Below, piece after piece: positions 46,901 through 56,110 of a stretch of DNA of 64,000 nucleotides. The position numbers and the translations under genes were made by a program. The notes under the pieces were generated by a model that worked only from the letters and a program-made list of their open reading frames with translations, made no database searches and was not told the origin of the DNA. The stretch is from assembly GCA_030603395.1 (NCBI GenBank), contig JAUVXX010000001.1, positions 29,822-93,821 on the forward strand, in the 5' to 3' direction. Within the stretch, counting starts at the first letter, position 1; each line of letters opens with the position of its first letter. This DNA is from a bacterium. GTDB lineage: Bacteria; Patescibacteriota; Minisyncoccia; Minisyncoccales; CG1-02-41-26.

Positions 46901-49900
46901 GAAAGTCAGGTTATAGAAGGAATTGCCAGCGGTGGTAATAGTTTTGCCAGTGGTGGTAGCGTTAAAAATAACTGTATTGCTACCAGCAGTAAAAGTAGCC
47001 GTTGAGGAAGCGGTCCAAGAACCAGCTAAAGTAATAGTGCCTCCAGCTGTCAGGGTAGCTTCTGTTCCAATCAGTAAATCACCATCTGGTGTAGAGCTGG
47101 CATTACCCTCCAAAGTAATGGTGCCCCCCGGTGAATAAGAGTCTCCCCCCCAAACAATTAGTTTCTTATAAGGATTTAAAACTAAATTATTGCTATTTGA
47201 AGTAAAGAAAATATCTGTTGGGTCATTATCTCCATCCCATTGACCCAAATCAGCATTAGAAATAGCCGTCCCATCTTCTTCTCTTACAATCAGCCGATTT
47301 TGATAAAGATCAATATCATCGGGGCTGCCGCTGTTGTAGCGAGTGACAGTTACTGCCTGCTCGCCTCCATTAGTATCCAAATAAACTGTCAAAACTTGTC
47401 CGGCTGAAGGTGGGTCAATTCCGGAAACCGTATAAGTGCCATCAGTATTAGCCGTATTGGAATTGTCACCTCCTCCATCAACTTTAACCCGGACTAATGG
47501 CTGGGAAGCCATAGCTGTGTCTCCCTCATTAGTATAAAGCGTACCCGAAACCGTGGTGCCAACGATGGGTGGCACCCAGGTTACTTTCCAATCATCAAGG
47601 GTTGGGGAACTGGTAGCAGAATCAATAGTTAACTCTGCTTTCAAACAAATACGATTGTAAGTAGAAGTACTAAGCCCTGAAATATTTTTAGGACTGGCAT
47701 TTACATCAAAACCAACATCGTTGCCTGGAAGAGTACTGGTGGGAACAAGGGTATCGCAAGCTATGGATAAGGTATAATATACTTTCAACTTTATATCAGA
47801 GCCCGAGGGCTCATTAGTTGACCAGTAAACTTCGCCCCAACTTTCTCGGTTCGGCACCCAATCAAAATCAACTTCAGTTGACATCACGGTTCCTGAATCC
47901 GCTCGGATGGTAGTGATTCCATCAATCTCTACCGGAAAGTCGCCACTAACTGAACCGCCATCAATAGTAACATCGTCAGAGGCATTAATTTTAATCTCAA
48001 TAGTATCGCCCCCATTAGCATTAGAGGTAACATCTAAAACTACATACATGCACATAGCAGTAGTACTTGAAATCTGTACTGCATCGGTAAAAGTAGAGGT
48101 CCCGTTTGGTCCGCTAAATGTACTAGTGGAGCCAAATTGAGTTTCATCCCCACTATAACTCAGACCAGCACAATTATAAGGAGAGCTGGTATCCAAATCA
48201 TACCAGAGCTCAATATTATCAAGACCGGTCTGGGCATTCACGCTTCCGTATTCAGTAATGGTAACCGCGGTCATCGTGGCATTGCCATCATCAGTAGTTG
48301 TAGCAGTAAACATTCCTCCGATATGCTTATCTGTGTCTCCTACATTTAGATTGGCAACCTGGTTTCCGCTAGCGCCAATTGTTATCTCAGGACCAACAAC
48401 TTGAACCGGCACAAGCTCAATCGCCGCAATGCTGTAACCATCGCTCACCGCCTGGCTCCAGTTAAGATTATAAGTGCCGGTGGTAGTAGCTACGAGCTCG
48501 CTACCGGCATAAGCGGTGTCGCTATAAGAGCTTGATCCTGACCGAAAGTCCCAGCGCTCTGTCTGGCCTGAAGTGGGTGCATGAGGATAGGTATCTCCTC
48601 CGTCTCCTGTCACTGCGTCAATAATCAACGAATCGGCGTAGGTAGTAGTAAAGCTAAAAGAGATGGAGATCGTGTTGTTGCCAGTCTGAGTGGAAGTGGC
48701 TCCGATAGGGGTAGTCTGGTCTACTCCGGTGTAGGAGATGGCGACGATACCACTGTTGTCCTGGCTTGAAAGGTTACAGGTTGCGGTATGAGTGCCTGAT
48801 GCGCCGACTAGATACCAAACCGACACCATGGCGCCATTCCCTGAGATGCTGGCGCCGTCGATATTGGTAAGACTTTGCGCGCCGAAAGTGACACTAGAAA
48901 CAGTCTGATTCTCTCCGTGACAGATAACCAAGAGTAATGTGTTGCTGCCTGAGACAGTGTGGTCAACACTAATACTGGTGTGTGTGGAAGAGTCAAAGTT
49001 AGTGCTGGCAGTTCCATCAATAACCGGAGCCGCCTGCGCCACTTTTACTTCCGGCGGTACAGATGGATTTTTCCAAATCTGGGGCCAGCCAGAAAACATC
49101 CAACCTGTCACTATCAACAGAATAAGCAGAAAAGTTATTATTTTTCGGCCCCCTTCCCTTTTCTTCTTTTTAACAAAATAGAAACTAGCGAAGATTACCG
49201 AAGTTCCTGCAATAAGAATAACTACGATAAGGAGATCAGTGGCCCAACCGATACCAGTAGTATCTTCCATTTGGCCGCTATCAGCTTTTTTATCAGCTCC
49301 AGGTCTCGCTCCTTCGTAAAGAGCTAAGACGTCTTCAGTTTCCTCCGAGCTTGAAGACTGGACAATATAATAGCCCTCGGCTGCGAATTCTATTTTTGAA
49401 TAATTTTCAGGGGCATTAAATTCTAAATAGAACTCGTCCCCCTTTTCTATCACCAGGTAATTATCATCTGAAAGCAAAAGCAAACTTTTATCAGCGTCAG
49501 AAATTGCAGAAAGTTCAACGATGTTTTGGTCCTCACCATCTACTCTCAGGAAAATCTTGTCAATATAAGCTCTTTCGTCCATCTCTTCTGTAATTTTGAG
49601 CTTGATTTTACCGTCAATAATTTCTGTTTTTCCAGTAATATCTATGAAGTCTGTGTATTCTTTTTCTGGTGAGGTTGCCCATGGGATAAAGTCTGAGAAC
49701 TTAATGTATTGATCATTTTGATAGACATAAAGAAATGGTGACCATCCTCCTAACTTTACTCCATCGGTGGTAGTCACGGTACTGGTAAGGGTGTCAGTAT
49801 TAAATTGAGCGCCAGTGGTCTGGAACCATTGAGCTACCTCAAGCGTGGAGGAGACACTAATACTTCGTTTGGTAGAATAAGATGACCAGATATTGGTTCC

Positions 49901-52900
49901 TCCAGGATCGCGCGCTTTTACTCGCCACCAATAAACTGTATCCTCGGATAAAGCATCACCGGCTTGAATAGTATAAGTAGTGGTGGCGCCTGAACTACTT
50001 GTAGCTGAACTCCAACCCGCATCTGTAGGATAATCGGCCTGACTTGAAGTAGCTGGTGAGCTGAAGTTGTAATCAATATCCCATTCAAGCCAAAATTCTA
50101 CCGGGTCGCCGTCAGGATCTGTGGCGGAAAAACCTCCCAAGTCCGGGGTGGTTGTGGAAGCTAACATATTGGGGAAAGCCGGGGTATCAGCAAGAATCGG
50201 AGTATTGGGATTTGTTAATTCTCCAGCAATGGTCACCTCAGGATATCTGTCACTGGTGTAAGTAAAGTGAGTGGTGGTGCCAGCATTGGTTAATCGGAAA
50301 CAATAGGTAGCACCATCTGTAGCTGTAGTTGAAGCTTCAATGGAAAATTCTGCTTCTAAGAACTCCGAAGTAGTTAGAGTAGTTGAGGCAATTTGGCTAG
50401 AGGTATCCTTTACTGCATTGTTATCTACTAAAAAGGTGGTGTTTTCATCAGATACTCCCCCAGTTGAAGTAGCAATGTTAGTAGTATCTGCTCCATCAGT
50501 TAAATAAGTAGAAGTTGACATATCCCAATCACCTTCTGCTGCTCCAACGTCAACCCAGGTGGAAATATCCGAACAAGAAGCCCCTGTTTTTTCTCCATAT
50601 TCCAGACGATATTGAACATCGGTAGAGGTAGCTGTTCCTTCATTAGAAATCTCAATCCTTAATCTGGTAGTGGTGGCTTTTTCTAGACCGGTCAGAGCTG
50701 TATCTTGATTACCATTAGTGGCTGAAGTAGCACTGGTAGCATAAGCTCCTGTAATAATATTTCTTTTTTCTATTCGCCATTGCCAATTCCCGGGTACAAC
50801 ATCCATACCTGTGATATAGATATAACCTGAATCAACGGTAACTGCCCGAACGTGATCATCACTATCGAACCCACTGCTGGGATCTACTTGAACCACTCCA
50901 TCCCCGTCAAAAGCACCAGCCACACAAGCATCGGTACTGGTACAGAGATTACCGGTAGTGATATTTCTTTTTTCTATTCGCCATTGATAATCACCAGCCG
51001 GATTAACGTTTTCATAGCCACCAAGATAAACGTAACCTGAGTCAACTTTAATCGAATAGGGAATATCATCATCAGTAGTTGGATCACTAGTTACTTCGCC
51101 GCTGGAACCAAAAGCACTCACTAAATTTCCATCTGATTTATTTCTTTTTTGGACTTTCCATCCCAGGTCCCCTCCAGCATAATCCCAACCAGAAATATAT
51201 AAGTAATTTGAATCAATAGCAATTGAGTGAGAACTTTCTGAACCACCACTGTCCCAATATTGAGTGATTATCCCATCCTCATCAAAAGCACCAGCAGCAC
51301 AGGTGCTGGTACTGTTACAGAGATCTCCTGTACTAATATTTCTTTTTTCTATCACCCATTGGCCGCCGTTGTTATTGTCCTTACCAGCAGCATAGAGATA
51401 ATTATCATCAACAGCAACTGTATAAAAAAGGTCTTCCCCACTAGTTGGATTTCTCTGAGCTACTCCTCCACTACCAAACTCACCAGCTGCACAAGCATCG
51501 GTGCTGGTACAGAGAGCTCCGGTATTGATATTCCTTTTCTCTATTCGCAACTGGTTATCTGTTTCAACACTATCCCAACCAACTATATAGACATAGTTTG
51601 AGTCAATTGTGATTCCATAAGATTGATCGCTACCACTGCTTGGATTGTTTGATGCTATTCCTCCACTACCAAACTCACCAGCAGCACAGGCGCCGGTACT
51701 GGTACAGAGAGCTCCTGTACTAATATTTCTTTTTTCTATTCGCCATTGGTTACCACCAGTCCCGTCTTTACCAGTAAGATAAATATAACTAGAATCAATA
51801 GCAAGGTTGTAAATCATATCACTGCCAGCACTTGGGTTGCTTGTTACTGTTCCTCCACTACCAAACTCACCAGCAGCACAGGCGCCGGTACTGGTACAGA
51901 GAGCTCCTGTACTAATATTTCTTTTTTCTATTCGCCATTGGTTACCGTTGGCAGTATCGTAGCCAGCAACATAAATATAATCCAAATCATCAGCTATGGC
52001 CCGAGCTCTATCATCGCCGCCGGTAGGATTTTTTTGGATTATTCCATCTTCATCAAAGGCAGTTTCCGCACCATCATCATTTCGCCAGTGATAATGGATT
52101 TGTTTAAGATCAGTGAAGGCATCAGAGGCAATCTGCCACTGCCGAATCTCTGAGAATATAGGATTTAGGATATAGGGATCTTGAAACTCTAGGGGACCTA
52201 ATAAATATAAATAGGGGCTTACATCTGGCGCATCAAAGGTGTAACGAAGCCCAATGAAATCATCTTTATTAAAGGTAGCTTCGCAATGGATTTCTTGAGC
52301 TTCTTCAGAATTTAGGGAATAGTAGTTAGAATTTAGGGATTCATTATTTATCCTATATTCTATATTCTGAATACTAAATCCTAGGGGTATTGTTTCAATA
52401 ATTTCTCCTGCAAAATCCTGGTTGGCTTTTATTTTCAAAGTCATCTCATAAGTTGCTGGTGGAAAGATTCTGGTTGGTCCTATTCTTTCTATATCAAAAA
52501 GAACGGAATCACGGACCTCAAAAGAATCCTCAATTTCATAACCGGTATCAAGGTTAGTCAATTTCATCTGATAAATGCCTACTTCCCCTGTCTGATAATA
52601 AGCAAAATAATCTGGTGTATCGGTTACATTATTCGGACCACACTCACCTGACTTTTGAACTTCAAGAGCGGTCACTTTGCCATCAGGTGCAGTAATTTCT
52701 AACTCTAAATTAGCATTACAAACGGTATGACCATCATCTCCTAATGCCGCCATCTGCAAGTATGCTTGCTCACCCGGCGAATAAATTGACTTACTGGTAT
52801 TAATAGCAAGAACTCCCCAGGTGAAATCTTGCTCAAATATTTGCAATCCAGCTAAATCCGCCAATTTATCTTCTATCTTTACAATAAGTTTATATAGACC

Positions 52901-55780
52901 CGGACGAAACTGTAAGGGCTTATTTATCGTTACTGAAAATTCTCCATTATCTTCAAAAGAAATCTCATAATCAATGTCTACTTTGCTCCCTTGGGATCCT
53001 TGAATCTCGGAGGTAATATTGATATCTTCCCAGGGAACAACAGAAGGCAAATTAGTGGAATTGCTTGAGGTAGAATCATTTCCAACCAAAGCCCCCAAAA
53101 CCCTGAAGGTTAAGTTACCGTTGGTTGAGGTAGTAGAAGTTGAGGAGGGAGTAGAGGTTGAGGTAGTGGAGGTTGAGGTAGTAGCGGTTGGGGTGCTTGA
53201 AGTTGAAGTTGAAGTAATGGTTGTCGTGCTAGATGAAGGAAAGCTAACGGAGGTCCGTCCTCCGTCACTTGTCGTGGTGGTGGTTAAAAATTTATTATAA
53301 ATTTTATTATATCGGAATCGAAACTTCGGCTCCTCATTTGCTCGAAAACTGTGTTTCTCAGACACCACTTCAATACCCTCTTTTTCGTCCTCTTTTTTCC
53401 TTTCTTCCCCTTCTTGCTCTTCTTCCTCTATAGTTTCTTCCTCCTCAATTTCCTCCTCTTCAAATTCTTCTTCTGTAGGTTCTTCTTCGAATTCCTCTTC
53501 TGGGAATTCTTCTGTCTCCCCTGATGTTTCTTCTGTTATTTCTTCTGGTGTTTCCTCTGAAAGAAATTCTTCGGGCTCTGTGAGCTCCTCGGTGGGTTGC
53601 TCTTGAGGCTGCTCCTGGGATTCTTCTTGGGGTTCTTCCTGAGGCTGTTCCTCCTCGGTTGCCTGTTCTTTATATGTAACTTCTACCCAGATGCTATCAA
53701 GATAAGCAGTAACATTCGTCTCACCACCAACCACTCCCTCAAATTTTATTTTTAGATTCTCAACATCATCCCAATTTTTCAAAAACGAGATATCGTACTC
53801 AAAATACCCACCACCTTGTCCTGAACTTGCCGAAGGATTCAAAGCATTAGATAAAGGATAACCAGAGATAGTATCTAATATCTGCCAGTTCTCACCGTCC
53901 AACGAATACCAAATAATAATTTTTGTATCAAGATTAGGCAGAGTTTCGCTGGTGCTGGTTGCAGTTGTAGAAGTGCCTTCTTCTGCCTTTACTATGAAGA
54001 CTATGTCAATTAACTGTTTAAGGTTGAATTTTAGATATGCTAATGCTTTCTTTGTTTTAACAACCAAAATTCCAAAGAAATTTTTAACTTTGCCCCATGG
54101 GGAGAAGTGAGTTGGCCCCTCTTCTAAAGAGAATGAAGAATCCGTAGATGTAGCCAATTGGTCATTGGTACCACTTGGGGTATTGGTTGCAGTATTATTT
54201 AAATTTTCAATGGGCAATTCGGCATTAGTAGAGGTAGTAGAAGTACTACTAACTTGCTCAGGAGGATTAACTTGCTCAATAGTAATGTTCACTGTAGCTT
54301 CATTGCTTTCTGCTTTGCCATCCGATGCTTTGAAAGTAAAACTATCTTCGCCATAATAATTTTCATTTGGGCTATATGTTACCTCGGGAAGATTATCGGC
54401 AACTAAAGTTCCATTTTCTGGTTCAGACAAAATAGAATAGCTTAGTGAATTTCCATCAGTATCTGTGGCATTTAAAGTAATGGTAGTTGAAGTATTTTCA
54501 TTTAAGGTTATGTTTTGATCAAAAGCTTGAGGTGGGTGATTTGGTTCAGAAACTTCAATGGTTGTAGTGGCTTCAGTTTCTAATTCACCTCTTTCAACTT
54601 TTACTTCAGCTTCATATATATTAGGTTCTTCGAAATTGCAAAGACCAGAAACAATGTAATTCTCTTCAGTAGTGGTGGCTATTATATCCCAGTCCTCTCC
54701 CAAGCCACAGTTGAAATAATAGGTAACGGTACCAGTGGCAGTTCCAATAGTATTGACAACTAAGTCAACATTATTTAAAGGAGCTTGACCGGAATTGGGC
54801 TCAGCTGTCAAATTAACTGAAATAGTAGTGGTCGTGGGAATTGTTGTGGTTGTAGTAGTTGAAGGTGGCGATGGTGATAAATCAAAATCAGGAATTTTCT
54901 CCCCGATAGCGAAAGAAAATTTAATTTTAGCAGATTGAAATTGCTTTTGGTCGAAATTAGTAGGAGAAATCACCTGGAAATCTTCAGCTACAAGAACTAA
55001 AGAGCCACTTTCATAAACTGCCGAGTTTGTTTCAGAAAACGAATCTAGACCTCCCAGAGGCCCGGCCTCTGGTGGTCCTTGGACATTTTGAGGATTTCGC
55101 CAATCACCGGTAGAAAGGGTGGTATAAAAATTGATTGTCTTTATTTCTTGGGCAAAGATGGCTTCAATTGAGTTTTGTAAAAATTTTGCTGGAGCAAATC
55201 CTGAAACTAAAAGGAAGGTGACAAAAGCAGTTAGACCTAATCGCCAGCCAAAACCAAAAAGCTTATTTCTCCCTTGAGGAATAATTAGATTAAGATAAGG
55301 AGAGAAGTTAGAGGATGTCTCTTTCTGACTTTGAATCTTTGCTTCTTGATATTTTTTTATCGCTTCTTCCGTCGTCACCCAAGAAATTCCAGAATAAATT
55401 TTCCTTCCCTTTATCTTCCCTTTTCTAATTAAATAACCAATGTAGTCAGAAGTATAGCCAGAAATCTCTGCTACTTCTTTTAATAAGAGGTATTTTCTTT
55501 TTACTAAATGAGAATTCCGAACGTCGGAATTCTTGGCTCTTTTACAATATTTAATTACTTCTTCTGGGGTGGTTTGCCAAGAGATATTAGCGAAAATCTT
55601 TTTCCCTTTAATCTTTCCTTGGCGAATCAAATAGCCAACATAATCAGGAGAATAGCCTGAGATTTCTGCTGCTTTTTTAAGAGAGATAAATTGTTTTTCT
55701 CTTGGTTTCATAGAATCTCGAGGGTCGAGATTATTTACTTTTAAGAATTCTAACATTATAACATAGTTTAAAGCCCTCAA
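43946..55780 (-). CDS. Giant surface protein (3,944 aa)
   Basis: It is an uninterrupted 11.8 kb ORF with several parts. Two N-terminal HTH_17-like domains precede a TM segment. Poly-Thr linkers and an acidic EEQPQEEPQE region follow. Then come seven repeats of about 64 aa of the form WRIEKRNISTGALCTSTGACAAGEFGSGG, which may be beta-propeller-like. An internal TM-KKKKR-TM hairpin comes next. After it there are about six repeats of roughly 90 aa of the form YNLTFNGSGGGWTFQD...GTVTFDATTTGKTIT, which may be beta-helix-like. The protein ends in a WxL-like C-terminus. Confidence 0.7.
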   Translation of the reverse strand: MRALNYVIMLEFLKVNNLDPRDSMKPREKQFISLKKAAEISGYSPDYVGYLIRQGKIKGKKIFANISWQTTPEEVIKYCKRAKNSDVRNSHLVKRKYLLLKEVAEISGYTSDYIGYLIRKGKIKGRKIYSGISWVTTEEAIKKYQEAKIQSQKETSSNFSPYLNLIIPQGRNKLFGFGWRLGLTAFVTFLLVSGFAPAKFLQNSIEAIFAQEIKTINFYTTLSTGDWRNPQNVQGPPEAGPLGGLDSFSETNSAVYESGSLVLVAEDFQVISPTNFDQKQFQSAKIKFSFAIGEKIPDFDLSPSPPSTTTTTTIPTTTTISVNLTAEPNSGQAPLNNVDLVVNTIGTATGTVTYYFNCGLGEDWDIIATTTEENYIVSGLCNFEEPNIYEAEVKVERGELETEATTTIEVSEPNHPPQAFDQNITLNENTSTTITLNATDTDGNSLSYSILSEPENGTLVADNLPEVTYSPNENYYGEDSFTFKASDGKAESNEATVNITIEQVNPPEQVSSTSTTSTNAELPIENLNNTATNTPSGTNDQLATSTDSSFSLEEGPTHFSPWGKVKNFFGILVVKTKKALAYLKFNLKQLIDIVFIVKAEEGTSTTATSTSETLPNLDTKIIIWYSLDGENWQILDTISGYPLSNALNPSASSGQGGGYFEYDISFLKNWDDVENLKIKFEGVVGGETNVTAYLDSIWVEVTYKEQATEEEQPQEEPQEESQEQPQEQPTEELTEPEEFLSEETPEEITEETSGETEEFPEEEFEEEPTEEEFEEEEIEEEETIEEEEQEGEERKKEDEKEGIEVVSEKHSFRANEEPKFRFRYNKIYNKFLTTTTTSDGGRTSVSFPSSSTTTITSTSTSSTPTATTSTSTTSTSTPSSTSTTSTNGNLTFRVLGALVGNDSTSSNSTNLPSVVPWEDINITSEIQGSQGSKVDIDYEISFEDNGEFSVTINKPLQFRPGLYKLIVKIEDKLADLAGLQIFEQDFTWGVLAINTSKSIYSPGEQAYLQMAALGDDGHTVCNANLELEITAPDGKVTALEVQKSGECGPNNVTDTPDYFAYYQTGEVGIYQMKLTNLDTGYEIEDSFEVRDSVLFDIERIGPTRIFPPATYEMTLKIKANQDFAGEIIETIPLGFSIQNIEYRINNESLNSNYYSLNSEEAQEIHCEATFNKDDFIGLRYTFDAPDVSPYLYLLGPLEFQDPYILNPIFSEIRQWQIASDAFTDLKQIHYHWRNDDGAETAFDEDGIIQKNPTGGDDRARAIADDLDYIYVAGYDTANGNQWRIEKRNISTGALCTSTGACAAGEFGSGGTVTSNPSAGSDMIYNLAIDSSYIYLTGKDGTGGNQWRIEKRNISTGALCTSTGACAAGEFGSGGIASNNPSSGSDQSYGITIDSNYVYIVGWDSVETDNQLRIEKRNINTGALCTSTDACAAGEFGSGGVAQRNPTSGEDLFYTVAVDDNYLYAAGKDNNNGGQWVIEKRNISTGDLCNSTSTCAAGAFDEDGIITQYWDSGGSESSHSIAIDSNYLYISGWDYAGGDLGWKVQKRNKSDGNLVSAFGSSGEVTSDPTTDDDIPYSIKVDSGYVYLGGYENVNPAGDYQWRIEKRNITTGNLCTSTDACVAGAFDGDGVVQVDPSSGFDSDDHVRAVTVDSGYIYITGMDVVPGNWQWRIEKRNIITGAYATSATSATNGNQDTALTGLEKATTTRLRIEISNEGTATSTDVQYRLEYGEKTGASCSDISTWVDVGAAEGDWDMSTSTYLTDGADTTNIATSTGGVSDENTTFLVDNNAVKDTSSQIASTTLTTSEFLEAEFSIEASTTATDGATYCFRLTNAGTTTHFTYTSDRYPEVTIAGELTNPNTPILADTPAFPNMLASTTTPDLGGFSATDPDGDPVEFWLEWDIDYNFSSPATSSQADYPTDAGWSSATSSSGATTTYTIQAGDALSEDTVYWWRVKARDPGGTNIWSSYSTKRSISVSSTLEVAQWFQTTGAQFNTDTLTSTVTTTDGVKLGGWSPFLYVYQNDQYIKFSDFIPWATSPEKEYTDFIDITGKTEIIDGKIKLKITEEMDERAYIDKIFLRVDGEDQNIVELSAISDADKSLLLLSDDNYLVIEKGDEFYLEFNAPENYSKIEFAAEGYYIVQSSSSEETEDVLALYEGARPGADKKADSGQMEDTTGIGWATDLLIVVILIAGTSVIFASFYFVKKKKREGGRKIITFLLILLIVTGWMFSGWPQIWKNPSVPPEVKVAQAAPVIDGTASTNFDSSTHTSISVDHTVSGSNTLLLVICHGENQTVSSVTFGAQSLTNIDGASISGNGAMVSVWYLVGASGTHTATCNLSSQDNSGIVAISYTGVDQTTPIGATSTQTGNNTISISFSFTTTYADSLIIDAVTGDGGDTYPHAPTSGQTERWDFRSGSSSYSDTAYAGSELVATTTGTYNLNWSQAVSDGYSIAAIELVPVQVVGPEITIGASGNQVANLNVGDTDKHIGGMFTATTTDDGNATMTAVTITEYGSVNAQTGLDNIELWYDLDTSSPYNCAGLSYSGDETQFGSTSTFSGPNGTSTFTDAVQISSTTAMCMYVVLDVTSNANGGDTIEIKINASDDVTIDGGSVSGDFPVEIDGITTIRADSGTVMSTEVDFDWVPNRESWGEVYWSTNEPSGSDIKLKVYYTLSIACDTLVPTSTLPGNDVGFDVNASPKNISGLSTSTYNRICLKAELTIDSATSSPTLDDWKVTWVPPIVGTTVSGTLYTNEGDTAMASQPLVRVKVDGGGDNSNTANTDGTYTVSGIDPPSAGQVLTVYLDTNGGEQAVTVTRYNSGSPDDIDLYQNRLIVREEDGTAISNADLGQWDGDNDPTDIFFTSNSNNLVLNPYKKLIVWGGDSYSPGGTITLEGNASSTPDGDLLIGTEATLTAGGTITLAGSWTASSTATFTAGSNTVIFNATTTGKTITTAGNSFYNLTFNGSGGEWTFQDAATTSATTTITQGTLSQGANNFVTRSFTIASSTTFTKATSSGLLIFEGSGIGYFQDDNATKNNLGNVHIGNSPATTNLSSDMTADSLTVQNGDTLNTRGYDLDITEYITINGTLNASDTLAGNATLINLGTNWTVDTGATFDAANSTTTFNGTTTSTINSGGIDNSHDFYTLTFEKSSTATTTLATSTKVSGDLLIIGSDSILDASSSNYNINVAGSWTNSGTFRAQQGTVTFDATTTGKTITAGGSDFYDLTFNGSGGGWTFQDTDATTTNNFTISAGTATSTTGTLAVGGDFDVSGGTFKHNNGTLKLFATSAGHTITLGSSHLYNLTFNGSGGGWSFATGTDPYIDNDFTITNGTATSTDITLHVGGSWLVESGGIFNHPSGTVTFDSSDTGETINPGNSPFNIVTFDNASGGWTIIADATSTSNWNITNATSFVATTSITIEVQGNYVISTSVPSVTDWQSNSTLYLNSASSYTVGSTTQAAETYATLKIGTSTDIRMWNSTSTSYDVDSSGSLYSQDHASNDGYLYIWGDFHTATGITDYWEYTKDFDGTALGSNRQCKVYIQQNATTTVDAGGTLNVKGGETISTDKTIVGEGAASSWSFACLGTCNIQESTWNWPNFTNGTTTVINTTLNDKNVSSNGVLNVDWYLGAHVVDANATSTDVPGATTTIYSTSTSDATIWKWSGGAWGDASTTQVTVTYATGTATGTIPQPGTDGAIRIREYSEDSATTTYYKYNLQLTVLGYSDYDYYNDQGNKYITSVSSTESSGVDKCISIDWFRSSSSAMNTPYPSVNEPPTNGSWYAGMTSDLEFSVDSLSVNLGQLDSGNDFTATGTTILYATTSYSGGYTVKAYASNDGRLKLDETNYIDRWPYANSTPALWSGNCMNNSECGFGYTTDDNSLGPGYDNRFATSTKYAGFATSTPGDSMADETSAVPSGSEHTITYKVSTAVTQAPGTYNTTVYYVCTANY
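50700..52100 (-). repeat. Tandem repeats of about 192 nt inside the giant gene, with near-identical copies
   Basis: The string atatttcttttttctattcgccattg recurs at about 50757, 50957, 51341, 51530, 51722 and 51915, and the copies at 51722 and 51915 sit in nearly identical flanking sequence. Confidence 0.75.
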
Positions 55781-55857
55781 GTCAATAGTCCAACTGTGGA
55801 AAACTTTTATTCTCCAGGGTTAGATATCCCCCTCCCAAACTTGTCTAAACAAAAATA

Positions 55858-55876
55858 CAGAGACCGGGTCTCTGTC
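55858..55876 (-). terminator. Stem-loop acagagaccgggtctctgt, followed by a T-run on the minus strand
   Basis: It is a palindrome. On the minus strand it is followed by atttttgttt. Confidence 0.45.
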
Positions 55877-56044
55877 AGGCTTTTTAATTTTGTGGCTTAA
55901 ATAATTAAGTCCGAGAAAACTCGAGAAGTATTTAGTAAGGTCTTAAAAAAATACGACTAACTAAAGATTAAAAAACATTGATAAATATATTAATAAAGAT
56001 TAATAAATACTGGTGAGAAATCACTGTATCGGCAACCAAAATTT

Positions 56045-56063
56045 ACAGAGGCCGGGCCTCTGT
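56045..56063 (-). terminator. Stem-loop acagaggccgggcctctgt, 48 nt downstream of 56111..56857
   Basis: It is a palindrome that is nearly identical to the hairpin at 55858. On the minus strand it is followed by aaattttggtt. Confidence 0.5.
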
Positions 56064-56110
56064 ACTACTCTTGTGATAAATAAATTTTATTTGTTCTATT
56101 AAATTAAATC

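Noticed and set aside
44548-54356. Numerous ORFs of 60 to 135 aa on the plus strand, and some on the minus strand, inside the giant gene
   Set aside because: They all lie within the single 11.8 kb minus-strand ORF. The repeat-rich composition produces open frames by chance.
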